From assembly GCA_043228905.1 (NCBI GenBank), contig JBHGNT010000012.1, forward strand, positions 3,782,001 to 3,846,000: a DNA stretch of 64,000 bases, given 5' to 3'. The notes under the pieces are model-generated. The model was not told where the DNA came from. It worked only from the letters and a program-made list of their open reading frames with translations, and searched no databases. This document shows positions 41,901 to 56,086 of the stretch, in pieces (position 1 is the stretch's first letter; every line of letters begins with the position of its first letter). The DNA is from Azolla caroliniana. Lineage: Eukaryota; Plantae; Polypodiophyta. The position numbers and the translations under genes were made by a program.

Positions 41901-44318
41901 CTCACATGGCAAATTTGTAGAGATTGTTAGATGCATACATTTTAACACAATCCCGAAAGTTTTGAAATTATGAAACTAGGAGATTTTGAGTGACGATTTT
42001 CAAGTTGTCAAGAGAGAGTAAAAAACCTTTTTGAAGAAAAGGGAAGTTGGAAAACTTATAAAGCTAAGGTAGCATAGGGTTTCGAACCCATGGTCTAGCC
42101 TATCCATGAAGCTAAAAACAAAATTCCATCCATCCATCCATACACACACAACCGATTTATCTATATTTGCCATGGGCTCATTCCTATCCCATAGATTATA
42201 TACTTAGTCCCTTGTGGACAATAAAAATATATCATGAGAGATCAAAATACGATCTATGGTGATAATGAGAGGGAGAGAGAAAGAAAGATATGTTAACGTT
42301 TTCTAAGACCAAAATTGGCCCATTAGATAATTGGTTTACAACAAAATGGGATATTTACCCATTCATCGAAAGTAAAAATAAAAATAAAATGGAACTTAAG
42401 CTAAAAGAGTTCTAGTATCAACCAAGACTTCTTGGGAGGTCACCCATTCCATTACTGTTCTATCCCAAGCGCGCTTGATTGTGGAGTTCTATACATTCTT
42501 CTTTTGCACCATTCCATTGGAAGATAGTACACATAGTTCATTAAATGCCCTATAGCTCATATCAATTGGAAGAACTTATCAAAGCTTTGGTAGGTAAAAT
42601 ATCGTGTTGTAATTTGATGTCTCAACAATGGGTTTTTGCTCAATATATATTGGAAATTGTCCAAATGATGAGCTAGAGACTTTGCTCCAATTTTTACGAT
42701 ATTGGGAGTTGCAACACATTTCGAATATGCAAAATTCTTTGATGTTGGATGGTAGGCATGAGGTAAAAGCCTATATTAAGAAGTTGAAAGATAGGATAAG
42801 CAATGAGGAGGGCTATTTGATTCCAAGCGGTAGGGAAACACTAGATAGGATCCAAGGGCATGAACTGCGAGACAATGAGGCACCAACATCGAACATGGTA
42901 ATTTGAGTACTCATGTATACAGGTCGTAAGTGGATTGTTTATCATGTTCCAATCAAAGTACAACCAGAATGGCACATATATACTCATGAAAACACATGGC
43001 TACGTAAGGTCATTTGGGACCCTTTGCAATGGACCTGGTGTGATCCTTATGTGGGTTTAGGTACATCCGATCCGATCAAAGTACAACTAGAATGGCACAT
43101 ATGTACTCATGAAAACACATGGCTATGTAAGGTCAGTTGGGACCCTTTGCAATGGATGTGGCACAATCCTTATGTGAAACCCGTCCAATTCATGACTAGA
43201 TTGGATAGGTAGCCTCCTAACTACTCAAAGTTCCAGAGAGCCGGATGTTGCAAAGATATGGCACACATATCATATTCCCCATACAACTATTACCAAGTTT
43301 TGGCAGTGATTGTGGAAAAAATAACACGCTAGGTGAATTACCACATTCCAATGGGTATTAATACATAAGTCACTACAGGTTGGAGCATGGCAACATGGGA
43401 TCCTTAGTTCTCCTAATTGTGTAGCGTGCCCTAATACAACAAAATCAATCCAACACGCTCTATGGGACTGCCAAGAGATCCATTGAATATGGCAGGGGGT
43501 TGGCTGCCTATTGCAATTATGTCAGGTGGAAGGCATAGTCAAGTGCGGGAATGAATGTTGGTTATTATGGCAAGCCCCAATTGACAGTTATGAACATCAG
43601 GAGGAGGGGATGACGTTGGTGATAAAGGCACAAGAGATTTTGTTTTATCCACTCAACTCTTATTAATGCCAAAGCTCAAGTTGTGGTGGAATTGGTCAAC
43701 CCAATAACACTTTGGATTCTTTGGAAACAACGGTGTAGGTGGGTCTTCTCCAATCAAACTGGGCATCAGGTGATTTTACTACAAGAGATATGGAGTGAAG
43801 TTATAGCTGCCACATTAAAGAGCCAATATGATGGTCTCACGAGCGGAATCGATGGAGCCAAAAGACAACAATTAACCTTCATCCAACAATGGTCATCCTC
43901 TCCCTTTCATGAGTCAATGGGCCTCCACATAAGATGGAACTATCGCGTCCCTGTTGGGATTTGTATATAAGATTTTCATCTATAAAATTTTATAACTAAT
44001 GGAAAGAGTTTTTTTTTGGAAAAAAGAAGTTGAAAGATATGCTCATGTGGAATTTTTGGACGTTGGAGCATGCGAGGATCATTTCCTCAAATGCATGTTC
44101 AAGTTTTTTAATGACTTTATAGGATGTTCCTTTGCTGATATAGGTAAAGACAACTAAGTTTTACCAATGACTTTTATATGAAATTAGTATAATTGTGTGC
44201 TTTTACCAAAACAAAAAGAGAGATCTTTTTAACGTCCACTAGAGACTAATTATGATCTATGAAATGGGGCTTAGCCCATGGTGAGGATCCGACTTTGGGT
44301 TCTCTTAATTTTATGACT

Positions 44319-44362
<44 letters not shown>

Positions 44363-44531
44363 GCTCATTTGGTAAGATTGTGGGTCAACCCTTGCATCCC
44401 ATAATGGCACCTAATAAAATTAGGGGAAAAAGAAAAAGATCTGTGAAAGTTGAGCCTAGAACTCAAGGCTTGGAGTTGGTAGTCTAACTTATTCTAGAAC
44501 TCAAGGCTTGGAGTTGGTAGTCTAACTTACT

Positions 44532-44582
<51 letters not shown>

Positions 44583-45151
44583 TAATGTTTGACTCATCTT
44601 GAGTTATCTATCATTGTTTTTCTTTTCAAGTTGTCCATACTAGGCTATATTATGTATTAATTAACAAAAAAGAGTAATGGATGCATATGCAGAATTTATG
44701 GAAAAGATTGAATGCAGGCTACCTTGTACCTAGTCGCCCACAAATAGGAGTATATAAATCAACTTACACGTACGACCCAACCATGGTAAGTCATTTTATA
44801 ATAATGTAAAAAACCATAAGATTTTGAGAAATAATGTGTTTTTTATTGTTTGGAAACTTTAGCACTTCGTGACAAGACACGAATAATTTCTCATTTGAAT
44901 GCAATACCTATGTTTAGGTGGAAAAGAAATCATTGGAATTCCATAGGAAGCGGGACTTCTACTCGGAATACAATGAGGTTGCAGCAAGATTTAAACTTGT
45001 TCTTGGAAATAAAAAACCTTTGTCAAAGAAAAAAGATAGTGGAAAAGAGAGCAACAACAAAAAGATAAGCACACCATCCTCTATGGAAAACGATAGTGAG
45101 AAGCTACAATCCGACTTACCAACAAACACTACCATAAACAATGACAATTGA
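38656..45151 (+). CDS. Candidate unrecognised multi-exon gene (start not located)
   Basis: Putative exons 38656-38784, 39123-39217, 39531-39652, 40558-40634, 41527-41701, 44693-44785 and 44918-45151 have GT-AG ends and join in one open frame. The last three are the best supported. No family recognised. Confidence 0.4.
41138..41365. repeat. ~60-bp tandem repeat x4
   Basis: ctcttatccatg.tgtaagca.tcatgaatactacttagatctacattacatataat repeated. Confidence 0.9.
42424..42490 (-). mobile_element. 5S-rRNA-derived segment (Cassandra-TRIM-like or 5S pseudogene fragment)
   Basis: The reverse complement AGAACTCCACAATCAAGCGCGCTTGGG..GGAATGGGTGACCTCCCAAGAAGTC matches the 5S internal control region. The flank 42280-42415 recurs at ~59405-59545. 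Confidence 0.75.
42560..44030 (+). mobile_element. Two fused LINE 3' fragments
   Basis: FLRYWELQH..DGRHEVKAYIKKLK resembles 58840-58950. It is followed by a second family with WDPLQWTW (locally duplicated at 42950 and 43070) and ITLWILWKQRC. Confidence 0.7.
44456..44532. repeat. Short direct duplication (~38 bp x2) between (GA)n tracts
   Basis: ctagaactcaaggcttggagttggtagtctaactta occurs twice. Confidence 0.85.
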
Positions 45152-46003
45152 AACATTAGTTGTAGCCTCAATGATGTTTCGAAATCTTACCATTCCCATA
45201 AGGGGCTCTCTTATCACCATAGTAAATATAAATTATGTAAATTCGTATAATCATGGAAGAATAGCATTTAACCTTATATAGCTAATGGATTTATACATTC
45301 TTTATATTATGGGAGAAAATGTTATGCTATCGTGAATTGTGAAGTTGCCTTCTCTTTTCACAAGAAGATTCAACTTTTATATGAGAATTGATTGAGAAAA
45401 CTTCTATCATTCTTAAACATTCAAAAACCATTACACTATATCATACCATCCCTCCTCGAAATGGGTTAATACTTAGTTATAAACTCATATAGACATATTT
45501 CCTAAATGTGCATAATATTTATAAGAAATAGTTTAGCCTAGTGTTACCATACAACTCTAAACAAGCCCACATGATGCGCCAATGGGCCTTTTCTTTGTAG
45601 CCATTATAGAGGTGTCCATGCCTTCACATCCTTTCATGCCATGCCACAATATCTCTAACTTATTGTAACTCCATGCTATTATATTGGCAATATATGATAT
45701 CGTAATCTACTTAATCTTATTGTATTATTGTTATACATTTCATAATGTTGATACTAATATTTGATCCTCCTTCATAAGTAATTTGAGTCTCATAGTCGTC
45801 AAATAGGGCATAAACCATGTTGCAAAAAAAAATCAAATAATAGCTCCCCACTCTAAGAGAAACACAATATTTGTCCCATAGGGCATAAAAAACATTAGAA
45901 TAGAGATGTTGAAGTTAATATCAAATATCGTTCCACTTTAGCAAAAACATTTTGTTTTCCCTTCAAATCGATTGCCAAAGGGACAATGGGTAGCAAGTGT
46001 AAC

Positions 46004-46034
<31 letters not shown>

Positions 46035-46160
46035 TTCTTCTTCTTCTTCTATGGGCACTCTAAGAAGATGCCACAACCTTGGAAAGGAGATTCTATTTGG
46101 AACCAATTCATAAGATCATGACTTTGGTGGTTCATAGAAGTCCAGGTTTCATCAAGTCTT

Positions 46161-46247
<87 letters not shown>

Positions 46248-47276
46248 ATTTCAAAAGAAAAACATTGAACCATAAAGAAATTAGTAACCGATTAGCCCAA
46301 ACTAGTTTGGTTTTAATCAATTTAGGGTTTGCTTCAGTTCAAGTTTGAGAACCTCTAAACTAGTTCAAGCTTAAGTGGTTTGGTTTGGACAATGCTAATC
46401 CGGTTAGGCCGAAACCATATTGTTGTCAATTCCTAGTAATAGAGGTTTCCTTAGTAAAAATACATGTGGTACAAGCTCTTGAGCTTGAGGCCCTAGGGGG
46501 TGATATGGAATGTTCTACTAGTGGAGTTTTAAATTTCCCATTTGGAGATTTCCAACAACCATCAAGTTGATTTAACAAAAGCTTCATATCTTTGATTCTA
46601 GTTTGGTCTTCGTTGATTCAAGAATGGGCATTTGTGGCTAGTGTCTTGACCTTGGCATGCAGGACACATGCCATTTCCCTCATTCATTTGTAGGGTGGTT
46701 TGAATGCTTTAGGGTCCTAGGTGGTCTTGTTTGATTTTGCATTTAGGGTAACATTGCTCCTATGTTTGTGGCAGTTACCATTGTTGTTTGTAAACCTACA
46801 ATGGAATTTTCCATGATCAGTACAATAGATTACACAACAAAGAATGTTTGGGATTGTTGTGCAACTTGGAAATGGTGTATGATCTAGTCATATAAACCTA
46901 TTATTAATCTATTAATTAATTTGACGCAACCTTATCACCTTTTTCAAACATAAGGTTCACTTTCTTAGTGTGTCATATGTAATCATGCACCATCTCTACT
47001 ACCTCTATTTTAAAGAGAATAATTTATCAATGAGATTATATTTTGCACCTCGTCATGCAAAATTAGTGATGTATTCCTGCTCAACATAAATAGAATCATT
47101 TGACATGTCCTCAAGGAGAATTCTAAAACATATAATAGTTTGTTCATCTAAACTTAAAGTGAACCCTGCAACTTTAGTTTGATAACGTGATTGCATCACA
47201 TTGCATAGTGCTACTACAATAGGATTAGAAGTTGGCATCACAATCGAGGCCTGAATGGATTGTGTTGCTTTTGTGG

Positions 47277-47579
47277 GTGCTTGAGTTTTAAACGTTGAAC
47301 ATTTGCATAGGTGAGTTATACCATTATGTTCTAACTCAAGTGGTGGTGTGTTTGAGTACCCAACCATGCTAAGGCTAGGATATGAACTTTTGTTATTAAT
47401 TGTTCTTGTCACTAGCTAAAATTTGCATAGGTGCTTGAGTTTTAAACGTTGAACATTTGCATAGGTGAGTTATACCATTATGTTCTAACTCAAGTGGTGG
47501 TGTGTTTGAGTACCCAACCATGCTAAGGCTAGGATATGAACTTTCGTTATTAATTGTTCTTGTCACTAGCTAAAATTTG
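47277..47579. repeat. 154-bp near-perfect tandem duplication
   Basis: Units start at 47277 and 47431. Confidence 0.9.
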
Positions 47580-48488
47580 TTCTATTGTTGCCAACTCCAA
47601 TATGAGCGTCTTTTGCTCAATTGTTCTCAATAAGGGCATTGCAAATCTCTCCTACCTTTTGTCAAATGAGTGAATTTCATTGAGCTAACTGGGCCATTGT
47701 CTTATTTTTCATTCTACTACGCATATATTAATATCCCCTGTTCATTTTCTATATTTTTGGTTGTACTACTAGCCCCATTGTTCCTAGATGATGAGTGATA
47801 TGTGTGTGTTTGGACTCTTGTCCATGGGTTAGGTCAAGTTTCTTCTCTCTTCTAGTCTTTGATGCTACTTTGGCATTTGGCATACGAACCTTCGAGATGG
47901 CTAGTTTTGTGAGGATGTTGTCAAGTCTCTAGAGTGGTGGTTTAGGTAGGTTTCAAATTGGAAGTAATCAACCATTTCTTGTGATAGGTCGACATGTTTC
48001 TAAGTTGTATCTATTTAAGACTCAAGAAAGGTTATGAAGACTTTAGATGTTATTGTCAGTATGCAATGATGCCTATATTTTCTTCTTGGCTTTCTTTCTT
48101 TTCTTGACAATTCGATTACTCTAGCCCAATTGGATTATCTTCTACTTTCTATCCGAATTAGGTCACTTAGACTCAAAAAACAATCTCTTACCCAATTGGG
48201 TCACTTTTGGTGAGGGGTTAATTTTGATCCAATTGGAGGCATCACCAAGTCTAATATGATTTGATTAATTTAGGTTAAAGCTTGGACGAGGACTCAATTG
48301 TATCACCGTTGATTTGATTGGATCAATCTATCTAAAGGCTGGACTATCGTCCAATTGGTTCACCTACATTGTATATAGAGAGAGAGAGAGACATTGATCT
48401 TTATCAAGCTATTGTAGTGAACTCATCTGATTTTTCTTGTTCATGAAAGTGATCAATATATGTGATTAATGACTTTCACTACAATTTA

Positions 48489-49720
48489 CAATGTCCATGA
48501 AATAAGAAACCCAAGTCTATGAACGCTCCTTCCAACCTATATATATACATATATACATAATACATACATATACATATATATGTGTGTGTGACATGTGTGT
48601 GTGCGTGTATCTACTTTATTTACTATATATGTATATAGTAACTAAAGTAAAAGCATAAAAAGCGAAGATGTATATATAATATAGGCTTATAGCTAAGAAA
48701 AACCTTCGCTTTTTATGACTTTACTTTATTATTTCATTTCTTTTGTCAATGTATGTTTGTTGTTAAAACAAGATGATAAACAACTCCGTTGCTATCTCCA
48801 TTACTTCATTGGTAGCCATATGTCAAGGTCAACCCTCTCAAAGTGCTCTAATACGGGATGACATAAATCTTCCTCTTCTTGGGACAATATCCCCATACAC
48901 ATAGTTGCAAAATTTACCAAATAACCTTTCCTTTTAGCCTAGGGAGTTGTTGGAGTACCCCACAAAGTCCATCAAACAAGAACTCATTTATCATGGTCCA
49001 ATTAAACCACATCCAAAGTCATATATCAACCCTAACAACAACCACAATACTACTAATATTACTACAGAGAAACGGAGTTTGCTACATTGCATCTCTTTTG
49101 CAGACACATTTTCTTCATCCACACTCATGTATAAACACTGACAACCACCACAACACTACTAATACTAGTACAGAGAAGCGTAGTTTCCTACATTGCATTT
49201 CTCTATTTGATGACTAGCTCTATATAAGTAATGCACCCTCCATAGCTACACCTAATTTGGGCTTTTCCAATAGATTGAGTACAAATAATTGTCCAATTGG
49301 CCAAGTAAGTCTTATTATCAAACCTCTGATTCTTTTATGTTCTTTGTTCTATGAATCATGAAGCAAATGTATGTATGAACACTGACAACCACCACAACAC
49401 TACTAATACTAGTACAGAGAAGCGTAGTTTCCTACATTGCATTTCTCTATTTGATGACTAGCTCTATATAAGTAATGCACCCTCCATAGCTACACCTAAT
49501 TTGGGCTTTTCCAATAGATTGAGTACAAATAATTGTCCAATTGGCCAAGTAAGTCTTATTATCAAACCTCTGATTCTTTTATGTTCTTTGTTCTATGAAT
49601 CATGAAGCAAATGTATGTATGGAGCTCGGAAGCATGGATAAGATTAACCTTGTTGGTATGTGTGTGTGTGTGTGTGTGCATGAGAGAGAGAGAGAGGGAG
49701 GGAGGGAGAGAGAGAGAGAG
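48489..49720 (+). repeat. Copy 1 of a local segmental duplication (copy 2 at ~60675-62327)
   Basis: Long near-identical blocks. Copy 1 lacks 61150-61863, carries a 244-bp internal tandem duplication (49135 and 49379), and resumes at 59159-59207 after the L1. Confidence 0.9.
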
Positions 49721-49971
49721 ATACTCAACACACATTGCGGGTCTTCGATTGTATTCATCATCTTCGACCTCTTCAATTGGGTGAGTTCCGGTTGTCTTTC
49801 TTGTTCATGGAAAATTGTTTTTATCCCGGATCACTATCACATCAAGAATAATGGATATAAACATGAATTCCTCTCAAATTGTGGGGGACATCGATATGGA
49901 AACAATTGATCCAAAAAAGAGTAATGTGATGGTTGAATGTAATCCTGAAAGGGAAGACATTTGGAAGCTCC

Positions 49972-52900
49972 GACTTACGTAGGTTACACGATTAGAGCGC
50001 TTTGGTTAATTACACGCGTAAGATATAACAGTAATTACAGAACGGAAATCAACACAGAAGTATAAACAGCATATGCTCTATTAATTATCCGCTGCGATTA
50101 CAATGGGGTCCGGGCCTTTAAATAGGTTTCCGGCCCGTAGTACAAAACGGTGCCTATCGCACCTATTCGGGATCCGTCCGGATCTGGAACGGCATACCGT
50201 TTCCAGTCCGTCCGTCCATACTAGGCTTATTTACAACCATACTTAATTAATTCCTTCACTCCGTATTTTGGACTCCTTGCCGGCCGGTAACACATGGCAC
50301 GCCCGTGGGACAGTACCTTGTACGTCGAACCCTTCTCGGCCCCTTCATTGTTCACCCAAATTGTCCAAAATACTTTGTTCCAGATTTTCCAATTTCCGTA
50401 TTAAGCCCGTCGGCCGTACAGAGCTCATATCTGCCATCCGTAGCCAGAACGGACATGGCTCCCATTCATGTATACCCAAGGCATCGCACGTGCGGAGGCT
50501 TATTACGTTCACCCCGGAACCTCCATCGATTACTGTGCCGGGAAGTTCGTGCCCTTTGACAATAGTTGTAATCACCGGACTACTAGTGTCCACCACCGTC
50601 GGTCCCTCCTCCGGATTCGAGAAGAGGACTGGTGCCGGTGGGGCTATACCGTCTGTCATGCCCGTTTTTAGTCCTTCCGTAAATCGCGGCACGAGCTGCA
50701 AGAGTCTTCCTAATGGCAACGTGATCTGACATTCTTGCAGTGCTTGCCATGTCTCGTTTTCTGGGTGGCTACCGCCGGCACTCCCTATGGTATTCGCCTT
50801 TTGCCGTTCCGCATCCGCGACGTTCCTTTCATTGGCTTCCTTCACCCATTCCGTCGCCTGTTTTCGTATGACCTCTTGTGTTTCCCACTCTTTGGCCATG
50901 CCTTTCGACCGTGTGGTTACTTGCTGTATATCCGCCACTTCCGGAACCACCATATTAACTGCTGGTCGTTTATCGTAGCTCTTTGCCGGGCACTGGTTAC
51001 TGTAGTGGCCTTCCTGCCTGCAGTAATAGCAGTACTCTTTACGGGTATTGTTGGATTCAGCATTGTTGGTATCCGGAGTCGGTCCCGTAGTGAGTGGTGC
51101 GTTCTGTGCCGGTTGGCTCCTTGGGGTTCCATGTTCCGGGTCCCTAGTGTGACCACCTTTCTTGAAATTACGTTTCTTATTATTCTTATTTTTATTTCGG
51201 TAGTCCGGTCGTGGTGGATCGTAAAATTGGCCGTAGTCCTCCTGGTGCCTTCGGTAACCAGGGGAATGGTCCCTGTCGTATTGCTCGTGTCGTCTGTTGG
51301 ACTCCCGATAACGGTCCGATCGCTCATACCGGTCGTAGTTATCATGCCGATTCCCGTACCGGCCATCATTCTCTTGTCTGTCTCCGTACCGGACATCCTG
51401 TGCCGGTCAGTACCGGTTCATTCTTTGCCAACGATCGTCATCTTCGTCTCGGCTGCTTCTTGGCTCGATCCGTCGGACGGGTGGTGCTTGTCGGTTTAAC
51501 AGGTTATACTCGCACCGGTCCGTTGTATGACTCTTGGATTGACAAATCACACACTGGGTTCGCATGGTGCACTCCACTGCCGAGTGTCCGGCATTCAAGC
51601 AGATTGTGCATTGAATTGCCTGCCGGAACCGGAGATCTTCCTCGGTGGGTAACGCCCGTTGCAGTGTTCCTAGTGTAAGCCATGAGCTTGACTTTTCCAT
51701 TTCTCTGACCCGGTCAATGACCTGGTCAATGGTGCTTCCTCGAAAGTCGATTACCATACACACCGTGCGTAACGGTTCCCGGAGTGCGTTTAAAAATATC
51801 GTCCGTAATTCCTCCTCCGGGGGTGCACGGGCAAGCTGGCTATGCATTCGTTGGAAACGGATGACGAATTGGGGAATGCTTTCCCCTGCCCCCTGTCGGA
51901 TCGTATAAAACAGGCCCACCATTGTCGTCTGGTCGACCTCCTTGTGGAAAAAATGCAAGAATTTTGCTTTTAATTCTGCAAAGGTTGTGATGGTCGCCGG
52001 GTCATGCGTCCGCCGCCATCGTGTCGCTGGTCCTTCCAACGTGACCCCGAATTCCGCTATCTTCGAGCGTTCTTCTTCCTCCGGTGTCATTCGCTGGGAC
52101 GTGTGATTTGCTTCCCATGTCTGCTCGAAGGCATGAACATGCGCTTCCGCGTCCGGGTCATCGCGATACTTTGAGTATTGGAACGGCATGTCGTCGTCCA
52201 GTATTAGGCCGCGGTTTAGTGGCGTTTGTTGATATCTTTCCGGTTTTCTCTCCGGTTCCACTTCCGGTTCTTTTGTCGGTGCTTTTTCCGGCTCTTTCGT
52301 TGGTGTCGGTGGCTTTGCTTCTTCCACTTCCGGTGTTGGTGGGTTGACGGCTTCCGTTTGCGGTTCCGGATAGCCCTGGTTGAGCGGTTCCGGTTCTGGA
52401 GTCGGCACGGTATCCGACCCGTCGTCCTCCGGGCCGCCGGGGGTATCGTTGCTGCTCCGGTAGTTCGTGTGCACGCTGTATCCCCCTTCGGAATCCGATT
52501 CGTAGGCTGAGAAGGCTTCTGCCTCGTTTTCTCCGCTTGCCAGCGCCTCGAGGAGGCATTCGGTTTCCCGGAGACTACTTAGACTGCTTCCGTCGTCCTG
52601 GTCGCGAGTTTGCTGTAACCGAAGAGATTCCTCCGCGACTCTCCGGATCTTGTTGGAGAACGAACGATCCAAGCGAATTTCGTGCGCTGCTTGCTGGAAA
52701 GTCTCACGCCGTCTTTGCCGTTCGGCGAGGCGTCGAGCTCGGTCTATAACCAGGTCGTGCGTTGGTCTCGTCATCCATTAAGCCGTCGTTCGCTGCGAGA
52801 AAGCAGGAATCGTGGTCGCCAAAACTGTGTTATTCTCTGACCGGACAAGGCCTAACACAAGGTGTCACGGAGACACTTCACCAAAGGGTGGTTACGGCAT

Positions 52901-53246
52901 AGGATTAAGATTCAACGATTACACGGACTTACGTAGGTTACACGATTAGAGCGCTTTGGTTAATTACACGCGTAAGATATAACAGTAATTACAGAACGGA
53001 AATCAACATAGAAGTATAAACAGCATATGCTCTATTAATTATCCGCTGCGATTACAATGGGGTCCGGGCCTTTAAATAGGTTTCCGGCCCGTAGTACAAA
53101 ACGGTGCCTATCGCACCTATTCGGGATCCGTCCGGATCTGGAACGGCATACCGTTTCCAGTCCGTCCGTCCATACTAGGCTTATTTACAACCATACTTAA
53201 TTAATTCCTTCACTCCGTATTTTGGACTCCTTGCCGGCCGGTAACA
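49972..53246 (-). mobile_element. Non-autonomous gag-protease Gypsy element nested in L1 ORF1
   Basis: LTRs 52826-53246 and 49972-50292 (truncated) are nearly identical. PBS TGGCGACCAC at 52821-52812; 455-aa gag ORF 52774-51407; protease VIDGGSGVNVI. RT, RNase H and integrase core are absent. Confidence 0.9.
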
Positions 53247-55504
53247 TAAGGGCATTGAGGAAATTAATGAGAAAAAAGCGACATATGCCGAAGTAATACA
53301 TGTAGATGAGGTTGACAAGGATAATTGTAATTAGGATACTTTATGGGGAATTGCCAATACCTTACTGTCTGATATTGTGGAAGAAAATGAAAATGCAGCG
53401 AAAGAATGCAATGATGTGGATGTTGATGCTAAGGTAGTGTTGCAATCTTTTGATGTATTCTATGATCGTGCAGTTATATTGTTTTTTAGTGGGAAACTCC
53501 CATACATTAATTGGATCGAACAATGGTTGAACACAATCGTGTCACCAAATTGTGTTGAAAATATATATACAGGACCACAAGGGTTTTATGATGTAGTGTT
53601 TCGTTCACCGGAACATCGAAGTGCACAGTTGGCTAAAGTTCTAGTGTTTTTTGATAAATGATTGGTGCACGTAATGCAATGGTCCCCTGTTGTGGACTAT
53701 AATGCTTTGTTGAAACAAGAATGCCCTGTTTGGGTAACAGTGAATTGTAAGCATGCTTTTTTATGGCCACTTTTACCAGAGTTGATGAATCAAATGGGTA
53801 AAGTGTTGGTATCTCCACATGCAAATGCTACAAATAAGTGCAGATTTTGTGTGTTATGGGATACAAGTCATAAGAGGCCAAGATGGGTGCGTATGAACAC
53901 ACATGGAATGAAAAGACTTTGTTTTAAATTGAAGTGGGAGACATTTGTAGGTCACTGTTTTGGATGTGGTGAATGGGGTCACTTTATGGCGGAATGCCAT
54001 CGTCATTGTCCTTCAACTATAGATGTTCCTAATGAAGGGAATGGTAAGGAAGGAGTTGGAAGAGATGTTGTTGTGTCAGATATGGTGGTTGTTATGGATG
54101 AAGGAACATCATCTAGAGTAGGTTATAAAGAGGTTTCACTTCAAGGTTTGGGCCCTAAGAATAAGGGAACTCAATCTATGGATATGGAAAAACAAAATTG
54201 GGTGGTTATAGATAAGGGGAAAAAACCGTTGGATAGAACTAGTAATGATGTTGTTGAAAAGGATTGGCATCATGTTAAGGGCAAGTCGAAGGGCAAATCA
54301 ATGAATATGCAACGTAATAGTTTGCCCACTACTCATGAGACTACTTGGAAAAGTAATTCAGGAACTAGGGAGGGTCCTCGAAAAGTTCCTTGGCAAAGAC
54401 AATTTAGGGATAAGGGATTACCCCTTCACCTTCAATTTGATTCATTGGGACGGGTTGTAAATTCATCGAATTCTTGAGGTTTTCGTCAAGCGGGAGAACC
54501 TAAACAAAAGAGTTCAATAGACAACTCTAAGGATGTGGTGCATGAAAATCCATATGCAACATTGGAACATGCTTTGACTAGTTTCATGACATCGGTTACT
54601 CTAAAGGAGCAAGTGCACCCATAACATTGTTGACTGAATGAAAGTGGTAACATGGAATGTGAGAGGGGCATGTTCTCCTCATAAGAAGTATATATTATGG
54701 CAAACTTTATTAAGTAAAGAATGGGATATATTTTGTGCAGTTAAGCATAAGTGTCATGAGTTAGCAGGATCCAAAGTTCATTTGTGTGGATATTCATCAT
54801 TCTATGCAGGACATCTTAATAATCATTATTTAGGTGTGGTATTAATCGTGCGGGATAAGTATTTTCCTCATGTGGTGCATAATGATCTTTATGGTCAGTT
54901 TTTGGTTCTAGAAATCACTTTTTTTGGCGAGGTTGTGTGGGTGGTTGGGATTTATGCCCCTAACCAAGCCACTCAACATATTGCATTATGGGGCTCACTT
55001 TGTCAAACCCTATGTGTGGGCCGTCCAGGATTACTTATGGGTGATTTTAACATGTGTGTTGATGCATCTCAATCTACGTCCGAACATTCAATCATGGATG
55101 ATCTTGAGCAACTTGCTCGGGATTCATTGGCTATGGAGGTTTTGAAGTTGGATGTTTGGACATGGTTGCATGGGAATGATCTAGGTTTTACTTTCCAATC
55201 CGCTCAACATAGACAAACATGGTGTCGGTTAGATAGAATGTGTGTGATGCACAATGATTCTTTTTTACCGACATCACTTGGTATGGCAGTTTTACAAGAT
55301 GTAGGAACTTCAGATCACTTTCTTATTTGTTTGGAGATTTGTGGCCATGCAATTGACATGTATAAATCCTTACTTGGAAAGCCTCCATTACGCTTTAACT
55401 CAAAATTCTCTTTTGCTTCAACCTCACTTTGATTCTCTCATGGAGCAAATTTTGGTAAATTTTCCACAAGAAGTGAATCTTAAAGGAGTTAAAGCATGGG
55501 ATAT

Positions 55505-56086
55505 TGACGTGGAATACGCGGATTAATCTCCGGCCACAACCGAAGTGTAGATCACTTGATGACAATCAAAACACAGACGAAATGGGAATGGAGGTAGGTC
55601 GACAAAACAGAAAGAGAATACACAGGATATTAACATGGAAAACCCTGAGAGGGAAAAACCACGGGAGTCCACAGACTCTGAACTATCACTCTATAAAGTA
55701 ATACAACAGGGAGCACAGAGGCAACGACCTCTTGCTCACAATCTTCGCCTAGCGGCGGTTACAACAAAGGCACAATCTCTGTATATCTCTCTCTCTCTCT
55801 CTCTTTTACGCATTGTATAGAGGTTACACCAATAACTCTATCATCATCATCATCTTAAGTTTGCCCTAGGTCATATTTATACTAATATGACTTTCAGGCC
55901 ATTTACAAATATAGCCCCATTGGGCTCTCTGGAACATATTTACATATATGTCCCTTCCATCCGATGAGAGGTTCTCACCGAGCCTGCAACATCCGGTTCT
56001 CACCGGGTCTTCCGTTGCCGGGTACTCATCATCCAGTTCTCATCGGGTCTTCTCACTTCCCATCCGGAGGGACCTATTTCCTAACA
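55505..56086 (-). mobile_element. Solo LTR nested in L1 ORF2
   Basis: TG...CA termini and perfect TSD GATAT (55500-55504 / 56087-56091); same family as 7812 and 17698. Confidence 0.92.

Noticed and set aside
42424-42490. Functional 5S rRNA gene
   Set aside because: Only the internal ~67 nt is present and diverged, without the 5' end, terminator or array.
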